From the sequence record NC_025447.1: a stretch of 64,000 nucleotides of DNA. One strand, given 5' to 3'. Shown here one piece after another: positions 1 to 10,302 of the stretch (its first letter is position 1; the number at the start of each line of letters is the position of its first letter). The notes beneath the pieces were generated by a model, which worked only from the letters and a program-made list of their open reading frames with translations, did not search any database and had not been told where the DNA came from. The position numbers and the translations under genes are program-made.

Positions 1-3000
1 AGCACTATTAAGTGTTGAGCTACCAGAAATATTAGCACTAGAAGCAGTAATAGTTCCAGAATCAACTTGTATACCACCAGCAACAACCTGAATTCCACCA
101 GCATTAACTGTTAGTTTACCAGCAGTATTCAATGTATTTGAAACTGTTGTTGCACCAGTTAAAGTTGTAGTGCCAGTTACACCTAAGTTACCAGAAATAG
201 ATGGACTACCTGTAATGTTACCAGTAGTTAGTATCAAATCAGTACCTACGGTAGTGGAGCCAGTACTTTCTAGTGTTACACCGACGATGTTTGCAGAACT
301 TAGGTTAATAGTACCATCAACAGTTAAGTTACCTTGAACGGTTGCATCACCTAGAGAAGTTAATGTCTTCACAGACACATCAGTTGTGCTAAGATCAATA
401 ACACCCGCAGTTAGTGTTCCAGATACTGCTAAATTACCAGTAATCGCGGTATTTTTAGTAATGGATACATTTTCTGCCGCTGAAGTAATAGAACCAACAG
501 TAAGTACACCACCAACAGTTGCGTTATTAGTTACATTTAGAGCAGTTCCAACACCAGATAGTGTTGCTGACCCACCAGTAATTGCACCTGAGATTGAAGC
601 TGTTGCTGCTGAAACATCACCAGAAACTACTGCATTTGTTGCATTTAGAGCAGACACTGTAACTTCAGTACTTTGAACTTTAGGTAGAACGTTGATACCT
701 TCTGCACTACTAACTGTAATAATACCAGTACTTGTTAGAGATTTAACAGATACATCAGCACCACTTAAATCAACTGTACCAGAAACAACAAGATCTCCAC
801 CAATATTTGCTCCAGCGGTAGTAGTAATGGATTTTGCACTTACATCAGTTGTGCTCAAATCAATTGCACCTGGTGTTACTGTACCAGAAACTGTTAGGTC
901 ACCAGTAATAGATGTATTATTGGAAATAGATACACCATCAACGTTACTAATTGTTGGGGTTTCTACAGAAACTGCTTTAACTTTACCTGAAGAAGTTACG
1001 TCAGCTACGGTAGATGCACCAGTAACATTCAAATTAGTAATATTTGCAGTTGTTGAACCAAGGGTTGCAATAGTTGCATCAGTACTTTGAAGTTTAGGTA
1101 GAACACTACTAATTGTGGATTCATTACTAACAATTGCACCAGTACTAGTTAAAGATTTGACAGTAACATCAGCCGTAGTAAGATCTACTGTACCATTAAC
1201 AGTTAGGTTACCACCAATAGTTGCACCAGCAGTAGTAGTAATGGATTTAGCATTAACATCAGTTGTTGCTAGATCGATAGAGCCTGGAATAACTGCACCA
1301 GTAACAGTTAGGTCACCAGTTACATTTGTATTATTGGAAATAGTGACACCACTTGCATTTGAAATGGTTGGGGTAACCAACGATGCAGTTGTAGTTTCAC
1401 CAGTTACAGTTAAAGTTGACCCAACTAGAACAGATGAGCTTGAGTAAATTGTACCCAAATTAGCAGATCCGGTAACAGTTATATCATCAGCATTAACAGT
1501 AGTTGCCGTTATGGTAGTACTATTAAGTACTGGAAGTACGTTAGCATTAACAAGATCATTACTTTTAACAATACCAGAAGTAGTTAATGATTTAACATTA
1601 AGGTCGGCTGCTGATAAATCAAAAGAGCCTTGAACTACTAAATCACCACCAATAGTTGCACCAGCAGTAGTAGTGATTGATTTAGCATTAATATCGGTAG
1701 TGCTCAAGTCTAGAGAACCAACAGTTAAGCTACCAGTAATATCAACATTTTCTGTAAAGTTAGTATTACCACTAATAGTTGGTGCAGTCAGAGTTGTTGC
1801 ACTAATATTAGTACCGTTAATTGTTTGCCCACTTACAGTTCCACTCGCAGTGATAGTAGGGGCCGTTACTTCAGTAGATGCACTAATTGTTGGTGCAGAT
1901 ACAGAAGTTGTACCAGTAATAGAACCAGAACTTACTGAACCAGCGGATAATGCACCAGAAAGAGTTGCAGTTGTACCAGCAATATCACCAGTAACAGTTA
2001 GTTTAGCACCCACGGTAGTGTTACCAGTACTTTCAAGTGTTGCACCTTTAATATTTGCTGCCGCGACAACAGAATTAGGTGTTAGATCCTGCCCACTAAC
2101 ATCAACAGTTAGTCCAGTTACTGTTCCAGTAAATTCAACATCATTAAGAATTGCTTTACCACCAACTTGTAGGAATGGTGTACCTGGAGCTTGTGTTTCG
2201 TTACCAGTAATAGTTAGGTAATCTAGTTTGTTTAGACCGTTACCAGTAATACCATAAGTGGAAAGAGAAGCGTTACCGAAAGTTGCTGTTTTAAGAACGT
2301 TCAATGTAGAAGGAGAAACGACTTCTGATTGAACTTCGTTAGGTAGAATAACTGTTGGGCGTTGACCTGGTGCAGTATATCCAAAACCTAGTTTCACTGC
2401 CGCATCTTGACTATTTTGACCTAAGCTGATAGCTTTAAAGGATGCAGTACTGTTATAACCAGTAATATTAGAACCAAGAGTAACACCACCAACTAATGAA
2501 GTTACACCAGTAACGTTCAAAGATACTGCATTAATATCGTCTAGTTGGAACGTTCCACCAAGAAGACCAGAAACATTAATGTTATTAAAATTAGCAGTAC
2601 CAGTACTTTCGATATTTGGAATAGTTGCAGTTCCGGTTACTTCAAAGTCAGCAACTTTAGTTTTTCCTTTTTGAACTTCTAATAGTGGTGTGTCTGGTGA
2701 TTGTGTATTGTTACCAGAAACTGTTAGATAATCTAATTTGTTTAGACCATTACCAGTAATACCATAAGAAGATAATGACGCATTACCAAAAGAAGCAGAG
2801 GTCAATACTGTCAAGTTTGCAGGTGACATTAGCTCGGACTGAATTTCGTTTTGTAGAATAACAGTTGGGCGTTTACCAGGAGCAGTGTAAGGGAAGCTTA
2901 ATCTGAAGGTTTGTGATTCAGAGTTAGAACCAATACGAATGTCTTTAAAAGTAGCAGTACTGTTAATACCAGTTACGTTAGCACCGAAAGTTACTGCACC

Positions 3001-3612
3001 TTGTTGGTTAGATGCACCAGTAACGTTCAATGTTACTGCATTTAAGTCAGATAGATTAAACTCACCACCAAGTGTACCACTAATTGTCACATCGTTAAAT
3101 GTAGCAGTACCAGTACTACTAATATCTGTTGTACTTACATTAGTAATTTCTGCGGTATTAGCAGTAATTTTATCAAATGCAGCAGTAGTCCCAACATCAG
3201 CAGTAATATTACCTTTAAATGCTGTTGTTTCAGCAACTTCTAAGTTTTTAACTTTAGTTGCTTGTAGAGTGGTTGTACCAGCAGTTTGTGTAAAATCAGA
3301 ACCAACTGATACAGTACCGTTAAAGGTAGCGTTTGAATTAATTGTTGCTGTATCAGACCCGACAACTGCACTACCGATTGTAGTATTACCCTCAACACCA
3401 AGACCACCAGAAAGTGTTGCTTTGCCACCTACATCTAAAGTAGATGTAATGTTGGCAGTTGATGATTCAATGGCAGTAAAAGTTGCATTTGCAAAAGTTA
3501 CAGTACCATTTACAGTTAGGTTATTGTTGAAAACAGCATTTCCTTTGACTAAAAGATCCTTACCAACCGTACCAGCACCAGTAATATCTAAGTCAGTTTT
3601 TATTGAGTACAT
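1..3612 (-). CDS. Large repetitive tail fibre/adhesin-like virion protein (>=1204 aa, runs off the left edge)
   Basis: Manual translation: GGAGG RBS, ATG at 3612, MYSIKTDLDITGAGTVGKDLLVKGNAVFNNNLTVNG..., open to base 1. Thr/Gly/Val/Ser-rich with internal repeats. The + strand ORFs listed here are its antisense shadows. Confidence 0.8.
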   Translation of the reverse strand, partial: MYSIKTDLDITGAGTVGKDLLVKGNAVFNNNLTVNGTVTFANATFTAIESSTANITSTLDVGGKATLSGGLGVEGNTTIGSAVVGSDTATINSNATFNGTVSVGSDFTQTAGTTTLQATKVKNLEVAETTAFKGNITADVGTTAAFDKITANTAEITNVSTTDISSTGTATFNDVTISGTLGGEFNLSDLNAVTLNVTGASNQQGAVTFGANVTGINSTATFKDIRIGSNSESQTFRLSFPYTAPGKRPTVILQNEIQSELMSPANLTVLTSASFGNASLSSYGITGNGLNKLDYLTVSGNNTQSPDTPLLEVQKGKTKVADFEVTGTATIPNIESTGTANFNNINVSGLLGGTFQLDDINAVSLNVTGVTSLVGGVTLGSNITGYNSTASFKAISLGQNSQDAAVKLGFGYTAPGQRPTVILPNEVQSEVVSPSTLNVLKTATFGNASLSTYGITGNGLNKLDYLTITGNETQAPGTPFLQVGGKAILNDVEFTGTVTGLTVDVSGQDLTPNSVVAAANIKGATLESTGNTTVGAKLTVTGDIAGTTATLSGALSAGSVSSGSITGTTSVSAPTISASTEVTAPTITASGTVSGQTINGTNISATTLTAPTISGNTNFTENVDITGSLTVGSLDLSTTDINAKSITTTAGATIGGDLVVQGSFDLSAADLNVKSLTTSGIVKSNDLVNANVLPVLNSTTITATTVNADDITVTGSANLGTIYSSSSVLVGSTLTVTGETTTASLVTPTISNASGVTISNNTNVTGDLTVTGAVIPGSIDLATTDVNAKSITTTAGATIGGNLTVNGTVDLTTADVTVKSLTSTGAIVSNESTISSVLPKLQSTDATIATLGSTTANITNLNVTGASTVADVTSSGKVKAVSVETPTISNVDGVSISNNTSITGDLTVSGTVTPGAIDLSTTDVSAKSITTTAGANIGGDLVVSGTVDLSGADVSVKSLTSTGIITVSSAEGINVLPKVQSTEVTVSALNATNAVVSGDVSAATASISGAITGGSATLSGVGTALNVTNNATVGGVLTVGSITSAAENVSITKNTAITGNLAVSGTLTAGVIDLSTTDVSVKTLTSLGDATVQGNLTVDGTINLSSANIVGVTLESTGSTTVGTDLILTTGNITGSPSISGNLGVTGTTTLTGATTVSNTLNTAGKLTVNAGGIQVVAGGIQVDSGTITASSANISGSSTLNSA
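2200..3120 (-). repeat. 510-bp (170 aa) internal duplication in the large fibre gene
   Basis: ATCTAGTTTGTTTAGACCGTTACCAGTAATACCATAAG at 2221 vs ATCTAATTTGTTTAGACCATTACCAGTAATACCATAAG at 2731. Confidence 0.85.
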
Positions 3613-3710
3613 TTATACCCTCCATTATAACCTTGTTAATATGTATATATTTAGTTTTATTATGCTGTTATCCAACAATTAATATGTTATTTGACAAAAG
3701 CAAATATAAT

Positions 3711-3750
3711 AAAAACCAGACTTATTTAGAACAAGTCTGGTTAATTTTTT
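3711..3750 (-). terminator. Intrinsic terminator after the 298-aa gene
   Basis: 10-bp stem AACCAGACTT/AAGTCTGGTT flanked by A and T tracts. Confidence 0.7.
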
Positions 3751-4646
3751 TACTTACCAGAGATGACAATCTTACCACTGAAAGAAATATCAGAAGTGAA
3801 GATTACATCACCAGTACTACTAATTTGTGTATCAGTCACTACCAATTCAAATGGAGATGACGAAACACTCCCAGGTGTTTTATTTGCATAAATTGAAATA
3901 TACAAATTATCTGGTGTTTGATTGTGTTCAGATGCAGGAATAGTGATTGTAAAATCACCATCACTAGAAACCCAATCTGCTTGGTTTACCAATTTACTAT
4001 AAGGTACTGTCATTGTTGTTGCTCCTATAATGTTTACTTTAACACTTGCATAATCTGTGATTTGACCAATCACATCAATTGTTATATCCCCAATACCACT
4101 AACTGTTACTGTGGTTTGGAATACTGATTCCAATGCAACATTACCTGGGTCACCTTGTAGTTGGATCATAATATCAGAACCTCTACCATGAACTGATTCT
4201 GGTAGTGTGTAAGTATAATGATCAGTAGTATCTGGCACTAATGTAAATGCAGAAACAGGAACTATTTCAGTAGTTACATATGAGCTATCAGTCCCAGGTG
4301 AGCTACCTTTAAATGGTTTCCAAATACCAAGATCTTTAATATAAATTTGAAGAACATTAGTACTATCAACCAAAAAGTAAACGTCACCATCTAGACCGAT
4401 CGAATCGGATGGTGCTGTTGTTCCACGTAAGATACCAGAACTACCACCACCACTGTGTGCGTTTAAATATCCCAATGTAACCAAGTGTGTGTTTGCAGTT
4501 GGTTCACCTGCTGAAATTGGAAGAAGTTGTGTTCCTGAGTAGTTTTGAATTTGCACAACACTACCATTTGTGGTAATCTGTGCACCATTCTTCCCAAGAA
4601 TGAAGGACTTCTTCATGGTTCCTTCTAAATTAGAAAAAACTGCCAT
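3750..4646 (-). CDS. Putative tail spike/fibre adaptor structural protein (298 aa)
   Basis: N-terminus MAVFSNLEGTMKKSFILGKNGA is paralogous to that of the adjacent depolymerase; GTTAPSDSIGLDGDVYF motif typical of fibre proteins. Confidence 0.5.
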   Translation of the reverse strand: MAVFSNLEGTMKKSFILGKNGAQITTNGSVVQIQNYSGTQLLPISAGEPTANTHLVTLGYLNAHSGGGSSGILRGTTAPSDSIGLDGDVYFLVDSTNVLQIYIKDLGIWKPFKGSSPGTDSSYVTTEIVPVSAFTLVPDTTDHYTYTLPESVHGRGSDIMIQLQGDPGNVALESVFQTTVTVSGIGDITIDVIGQITDYASVKVNIIGATTMTVPYSKLVNQADWVSSDGDFTITIPASEHNQTPDNLYISIYANKTPGSVSSSPFELVVTDTQISSTGDVIFTSDISFSGKIVISGK

Positions 4647-4662
4647 TTTAATATAATCTCCT

Positions 4663-6804
4663 TTATGGTAGGGTTATGTAAGTTACGGGTTGGGCAGCTT
4701 TTAATGCTGCACCAGCGGCAGTTGCTGTTATGATAGGATCTGCAATATCAATTCTATATACGTTGTTTACAACATACACTGCACGAGTTATATACGTTCT
4801 CAAATCACCACCATTTTCACCAGCACCGGATATAATGATCTCAGTACCAGCAGCTTTTGCATATTGGTTTTCACCCCATGACACACCCAATGCTTCTATG
4901 TATGTTTGTCCTGCTACCGTTTGTCTAATTGTGTCATATTTTCCGAAAAAAGAACCACCAACAGTTACAATATATTTTCCACCCGATTGTTTATGAATAA
5001 TCGTGCCTTCAGAGAAATAGCGTCCCCCAGGAAAAGTATCGTATGGAATATAATATTGCTCAACTACAGGTATCAGTACTGGGCCACGGTGACCTGTACC
5101 ATCGATTGCAGTTGTAACTTTAAAGTTATTAGATGATTGGTCTATTCTGTCTACATACATTTTAGAAAAACTATATTTTGAAACATTACAATCATCTTGA
5201 ACAACACAGTTAGTCCAATTAGTATAAGTATATTTAGAGCGAGTATAGATACCACCACCTTCGCCTTCGGTAGAGAGGTGTTGACCAATTACATCTAATT
5301 CTTTAGTTCTAATATCACTAAATTTAGATGATGATGGCAAACCACGCCAAAGGATTTTAGAACAAGTGATATTGCTCAATTCTGTATTATTTAACCAATT
5401 ATCAGAACCGGAAGTATAAACAAGTATAGAAGACTCTGGAATATAGAGATTAGAAATTTTAAAGTTTCTAGGTGGTCCAGCAAAACGACCAGAAGTTACA
5501 CCCCAGTTTATTGAAACCATTCTATTTGTGATAGAAGGATCATTAAGCAAATGACCAGTCAACCCATCAATAATGAATTCTTTCGAACCATAAGTTATAA
5601 CACCAGCAGTGGTTAATCCAGTACCAACAGAAACTAAAGATGATGGATAAACTTCATTATTAAGTATTTTAAAGTCCATTCCTAATTCAACGTGTATACA
5701 TTGTCTAACATTATATAGTCTGTTATTTTTAATAACAAAGTTTCTGACATATTGTGTATCTGGTGCATCTAAACCATAAGGACCAGAACCAGCAACGCCA
5801 ATACCAATGCCCCAGTTTGAAAGTGGGATTGGAGCGTTAGAACCATCAACGTTTTCAATTACGTTTCCTTCAATCACAAAACCATCAGGATAATGTGAGT
5901 TAATTACGTTTAGTTCAATTGCATCACCATAGATATCATGAATATGGTTATATGAATATCTACCAACCTTCATTTTCTCACCAGTACCTTGTTGAAGAAC
6001 ACCATACTTACATTGGGTCATTTCATTAAAGCAAAAATCTATTGTTCCTGGTTGTGTCATACCTTGCATTAAAAATGCAGCAGTACTTGTGATGTTTATA
6101 AATTTATTAAAATAAAACTTACCATCTCCACCGAAGAATTTTAAATAACATCCAGTAAGTGTTGCAAATTGTATTTGGGAATTAATAACAGATACCATAG
6201 TACCACCGTTACCAGTAATAGTTCCCCCAAACCAAGTTACATCTTCTAGGTATATTGCAGTTTTGATACGGTAATTACCACCAGCCTGAATTTGGATTTT
6301 ATTTTCTTTAGCATAAGCAGCACATAAATTTACAGCAGCAGTGTCATCAGTTTCGCCATCACCTTTAGCACCAAATTCTTCTGGTGTTATATAAAACTGG
6401 GCCTGTTGAACTGTACCTCCAGTAATAAGTCCGATGAAATCACCACCATTTTTACTGGATAGAACTTTTTTATTAATGTATAATGATTTTACCCATGTAC
6501 CATTACTTTTTGCAAAAATATCAACAATACCATCTTCATCAATTTGAAAATACGTATTATTGTTCTTTCCTACATCATCGGTAGGGGGTACAACACCAAA
6601 TAATGCATTAGGGTTATCTTCAAGATATTTTACGTTAACTGCTGAATTAGGGTCAGATGAAGTTCCTACCTTCAGTGGTAGGAACTGTTCTCCTAGATAA
6701 TCTTTTATAGAAACTGAATCATTGATAAAATTTATTGAAGCACCTTTTTTCCCCAATATGAATTTGGGCTGCATAGTTCCTTCAAAATTAGAAAATACTG
6801 CCAT
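4663..6804 (-). CDS. Tail spike, WcaM-like beta-helix polysaccharide (colanic acid) depolymerase
   Basis: FGAKGDGETDDTAA beta-helix start. GDAIELNV, NWGIGIGVAGS, VRNFVIKN and RQCIHVELG match recalled enterobacterial WcaM motifs (GDAIEWNV, NWGIGIGLAGS, VKNFVVAN, RQLIHVENG). Confidence 0.8.
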   Translation of the reverse strand: MAVFSNFEGTMQPKFILGKKGASINFINDSVSIKDYLGEQFLPLKVGTSSDPNSAVNVKYLEDNPNALFGVVPPTDDVGKNNNTYFQIDEDGIVDIFAKSNGTWVKSLYINKKVLSSKNGGDFIGLITGGTVQQAQFYITPEEFGAKGDGETDDTAAVNLCAAYAKENKIQIQAGGNYRIKTAIYLEDVTWFGGTITGNGGTMVSVINSQIQFATLTGCYLKFFGGDGKFYFNKFINITSTAAFLMQGMTQPGTIDFCFNEMTQCKYGVLQQGTGEKMKVGRYSYNHIHDIYGDAIELNVINSHYPDGFVIEGNVIENVDGSNAPIPLSNWGIGIGVAGSGPYGLDAPDTQYVRNFVIKNNRLYNVRQCIHVELGMDFKILNNEVYPSSLVSVGTGLTTAGVITYGSKEFIIDGLTGHLLNDPSITNRMVSINWGVTSGRFAGPPRNFKISNLYIPESSILVYTSGSDNWLNNTELSNITCSKILWRGLPSSSKFSDIRTKELDVIGQHLSTEGEGGGIYTRSKYTYTNWTNCVVQDDCNVSKYSFSKMYVDRIDQSSNNFKVTTAIDGTGHRGPVLIPVVEQYYIPYDTFPGGRYFSEGTIIHKQSGGKYIVTVGGSFFGKYDTIRQTVAGQTYIEALGVSWGENQYAKAAGTEIIISGAGENGGDLRTYITRAVYVVNNVYRIDIADPIITATAAGAALKAAQPVTYITLP

Positions 6805-6818
6805 TATGACATCCTCCC

Positions 6819-7934
6819 TTAAATATTATCTTGAATCGGTTGGATAGGAGCTTGCCATGAAAGAGTACAAATAATTTCCATTTTTCCATAAGGACTGTTG
6901 TTAACAGAATCGTTGAATACACATGAAATAATTTCATCAACATCGGATGCTGCATGATTAGTTTCATTAACAATAAAACGCATCTGACGATTGATATCAA
7001 AGTAGGAAGTTGGTGCAATTACCGTCCCGCCAATATCTTCTTGTGCTTCACCACCAAAACGTACAAACATATCAGTTACTGGAAGAGAATAAGGTTGTAT
7101 AACGTTTACATCAATATTAGAAACTACATATCCAGCAGGACATGTACCAATAACTAATAGTGCGTTAGTCCATGAGCTATCTATGGTATTTCTAATAGAA
7201 ATTGTATCTTTACCTGGTGCACCTGGTTCGCCTTGTATACCTTGAATACCTTGCTGGCCTTCTTTACCACGGAATAGAATACCCTCACTCCACTCTTTTG
7301 AAGGAGGGGTAGTTGTAGTTACTTCATCAACATAATATAGTTTTCCATCAGTGTTGTTATAAAAACAATAATCAACTGGAAGATTTTCAATACTTGGAAA
7401 TTGATCACCACTGCTATCAATATGGAAACGACCACGCGGACCTTGTTCACCACGGAAAGGTATACCATCACTCCAAGTAGCAGTTACACTTTGATAGAAA
7501 TAAAGTTTACCATCTTGAGTATTATAAAATGTATAGTTATTAAAAAGACCAGTTGTTGGGAAAGTAGTTCCAGCACTATCAATGTGGAACGGCTTACCCG
7601 CTTCACCCGTATCACCTTTACCAAACTCAACACTAATCCATGTACTTGTCGGATCTTGTGCATCATTTGATTTAAAGTATAGAGTACTGGTATTGTTAGC
7701 CAAGCTTAAGTAGCACCACCCAAGTGGTTCACCAACTTTAAATTGTTCGGAAGGAATTTCAAAACCAATCTCATTAGGATAAAAGTTTTTACCATTCTCG
7801 CCATTCTGTCCTACAACAAGACCTAAATCTTGAATTGTGTTATCTGCATAGGTTACAATTAAATGCCCAGCACCATTAATAACTAGACTTTTGATGCCGG
7901 AGTTATTACATGAACCATTAAATGAAATTGTCAT
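6819..7934 (-). CDS. Structural protein with short Gly-X-Y segments and a duplicated module
   Basis: ORF track 6819..7970; better start at ATG 7934 (AAGGGA RBS). GEQGPRG and GQQGIQGIQGEPGAPG segments; two FHIDSxG...FYNxxDGKLY units. Confidence 0.5.
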   Translation of the reverse strand: MTISFNGSCNNSGIKSLVINGAGHLIVTYADNTIQDLGLVVGQNGENGKNFYPNEIGFEIPSEQFKVGEPLGWCYLSLANNTSTLYFKSNDAQDPTSTWISVEFGKGDTGEAGKPFHIDSAGTTFPTTGLFNNYTFYNTQDGKLYFYQSVTATWSDGIPFRGEQGPRGRFHIDSSGDQFPSIENLPVDYCFYNNTDGKLYYVDEVTTTTPPSKEWSEGILFRGKEGQQGIQGIQGEPGAPGKDTISIRNTIDSSWTNALLVIGTCPAGYVVSNIDVNVIQPYSLPVTDMFVRFGGEAQEDIGGTVIAPTSYFDINRQMRFIVNETNHAASDVDEIISCVFNDSVNNSPYGKMEIICTLSWQAPIQPIQDNI

Positions 7935-8044
7935 AATATTTCCCTTGTATGAGTTAATGTCATATACCAATATTTATCAGTACAAAATACATTTCGTTAT
8001 CATTAATAAATAAATGAAAGTTCACTACTAAAAGGGCTTAAACA

Positions 8045-8542
8045 ATGGCATTAAGATCAAAAGACTTTCTCTTCAGAAGAAAAACAAAAGATGGTTCATG
8101 GCAAGATTTTCCTGAATCTGATAGCTGGTATCCAGCTAACTTGGATTATCACTGGAATGAACAAACGTTACCACTAGCAAGTGGTGGCTACTATGGCTGT
8201 ACTACAGGTTTACATACGATTTCATTTACACTACGTAATTTTATTGGTAGAATTTATGTGTTAGCTACATTAGCTAGTAATCCTACTGATGATGATTGGT
8301 TTCCAATTAAATTCACTGAAAGTTGTAATTATTATCTTGAATTTACTGATATGGTTATTTTAAATCCAAATGGTGGGGATTTAATTAGACAACAAGGAAC
8401 TACCGGAACATTTGCTGAAACAGTAACTGGTAATTTTACTTACCTTAAAGTTGGTATAGACCGTGATTATATTAGTAAGTATCCATCAGATGTCCAAAAA
8501 AGTTTAGCTGGGAAGTTAGAACAAATTTTAATTAACTACTAA
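8045..8542 (+). CDS. Hypothetical (likely virion) protein, 165 aa
   Basis: Clean ORF with RBS, first of a tightly packed 3-gene + strand unit, ATAAATA upstream. Confidence 0.5.
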   Translation: MALRSKDFLFRRKTKDGSWQDFPESDSWYPANLDYHWNEQTLPLASGGYYGCTTGLHTISFTLRNFIGRIYVLATLASNPTDDDWFPIKFTESCNYYLEFTDMVILNPNGGDLIRQQGTTGTFAETVTGNFTYLKVGIDRDYISKYPSDVQKSLAGKLEQILINY

Positions 8543-8551
8543 GGATTAGAA

Positions 8552-9160
8552 ATGAAATTAGAAACAGAACAACCAAAACTATTTGTTAAAGGTCATGTCC
8601 TAATTACTGACGTTACTGATCCATCAAATCAAAAAATCGTTTTAGATAAATCTAACGCTATTCACCCTGAAAATATGAGTACTGCCATTGCTAATGCGTT
8701 AGCATATAATCAAGACAGTACTGGTATTCCTATTGGTTCTATTAGCGAGATGCGTTTTGGTAATGGTGGTACAGTAGTTTTAAGTACTGGGCGTGTTACT
8801 TATAAAAAACCACGTGTTACATCATTTGGTGGTTTGTATTCACAAACATATTTGAAAAAAATCAACCCAAGAATTACGGCTGGTATCGATTCACAATATA
8901 ATAATATTACGACTGTTCATATACCAGGTCAGTCCTATACTGATATTGTATGTATTTGTACTTTAGGCTTAGGTGAACCATCAGATCAAGGTGTGAGTTC
9001 AGGGACAAGCATGGACGGAACATATGTGTTTGATGAATTGGGATTATACACCGATGGTGATAGTGGTATTCCTTTAACACATATTATTTTCCACCCAGTT
9101 GAAAAAAGTGCAAACCGTGTTTTGCAAATTAAATACACTGTGCGTGTACAACTACAATAA
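8552..9160 (+). CDS. Putative baseplate/tail-fibre attachment protein
   Basis: FDELGLY...THIIFHPVEKSANRVLQIKYTVRV pattern recalled from myovirus tail-associated proteins. Confidence 0.45.
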   Translation: MKLETEQPKLFVKGHVLITDVTDPSNQKIVLDKSNAIHPENMSTAIANALAYNQDSTGIPIGSISEMRFGNGGTVVLSTGRVTYKKPRVTSFGGLYSQTYLKKINPRITAGIDSQYNNITTVHIPGQSYTDIVCICTLGLGEPSDQGVSSGTSMDGTYVFDELGLYTDGDSGIPLTHIIFHPVEKSANRVLQIKYTVRVQLQ

Positions 9161-9172
9161 TGGGGTCATATA

Positions 9173-10273
9173 ATGAGTGTTAACTATACAATTTATCGAA
9201 GTAATGGTAGTGTTTATGCTACCATTCCAAATAACGTTATTTTAGGTCCAAATCAGCCAGGTAGTAACCCAGTTCCATTAAATTTAGTTGGTAGAAACAA
9301 AGTAAGTTATGGTCAAGCATGGAATGAAAACTTTTTACATTTAGTTGAAAACTTCAGTTCAGCTTCAGCACCACGTGGTAACGTAAATGGTCAACTTTGG
9401 TATCGAAATACTGGAAGTACTGGTGAGTTATTAATATCATTAGTGGATAATGCTAGACAACCAGCAGATATGGTAAGTGAAGCGGAATGGGCTTCTATTC
9501 CAATGATAACCGTATTCAACACTGTACCAGATGGTGAAAACAGTGTTATGGGTCGTATGGTATTAACCAGCAATGGTGATTCACTTCGTGTTTTGATGAA
9601 AAACAAAGAATGGCGTGAAATTCAAACATCTCGACCAGAAAACAAAGAATATACATCATTATTAGATATTAACTATGATAATGGAAAAAAATACATAGAG
9701 TTTACACAAAGTAACAGTACTAAACCAATTGCGTATTTTAACTTAGGCGGTACTTCACAAGTAGATACAAATAACTGGACAACATTAACTAATGGTACTG
9801 GTGTATTTGAATTTGGTAGCAACTATTTCTATGAATTAAAAATTATGATTAGAGAAGTAAATGATTCTTCTGGTGAGATAGTTTCTCTTCCATATAATTC
9901 AAAAACCTTTTTTATAAAAGGGCAATTCTATGTAGATAATCAAGGAACTTTTGTTCCTGGTTCGGTTGGGGCAAGTCAAATGCCAGACCCACGTAGGATT
10001 ACACAATTAGAATCCATAAAAGATGTTATTACCAGTAGTCGCCCAAACTGGGACGTAAATATTGTTATTAATGGTGTAGATCCATCTATCCCAAATCCTA
10101 ATGGAACATCTAAAGCTGATTATGAAAATTGGGTTATCAATTCTCTAAACTCAAATAAAAATTTAGGTTTTCGAGTTGATGGTAGCATTAGTAATCTAAC
10201 TGCTGGTGAATCCGTTAAACTACAAGCATCCGTGTTGTTAAATATTACAGGTATTCCGATTATTGGAGTATAA
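9173..10273 (+). CDS. Putative baseplate/short-fibre structural protein
   Basis: LVGRNKVSYGQAWNENFLHLVENFS...AP...GQLWY motif recalled from large-myovirus virion proteins. Confidence 0.45.
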   Translation: MSVNYTIYRSNGSVYATIPNNVILGPNQPGSNPVPLNLVGRNKVSYGQAWNENFLHLVENFSSASAPRGNVNGQLWYRNTGSTGELLISLVDNARQPADMVSEAEWASIPMITVFNTVPDGENSVMGRMVLTSNGDSLRVLMKNKEWREIQTSRPENKEYTSLLDINYDNGKKYIEFTQSNSTKPIAYFNLGGTSQVDTNNWTTLTNGTGVFEFGSNYFYELKIMIREVNDSSGEIVSLPYNSKTFFIKGQFYVDNQGTFVPGSVGASQMPDPRRITQLESIKDVITSSRPNWDVNIVINGVDPSIPNPNGTSKADYENWVINSLNSNKNLGFRVDGSISNLTAGESVKLQASVLLNITGIPIIGV

Positions 10274-10300
10274 AAAAAGGAGCCATGTGGCTCCTTTTTG
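10271..10300. terminator. Bidirectional intrinsic terminator
   Basis: AAAAAAAGGAGCC-ATGT-GGCTCCTTTTT between convergent genes. Confidence 0.85.
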
Positions 10301-10302
10301 TT

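Noticed and set aside
386-3682. Five Val/Thr-rich + strand ORFs in the track
   Set aside because: They are antisense shadows of the minus-strand fibre gene, which has an RBS and a continuous frame to base 1.
3691-3710. TTGACA...TATAAT
   Set aside because: The spacer is only 8 nt, so it is not a sigma70 promoter.
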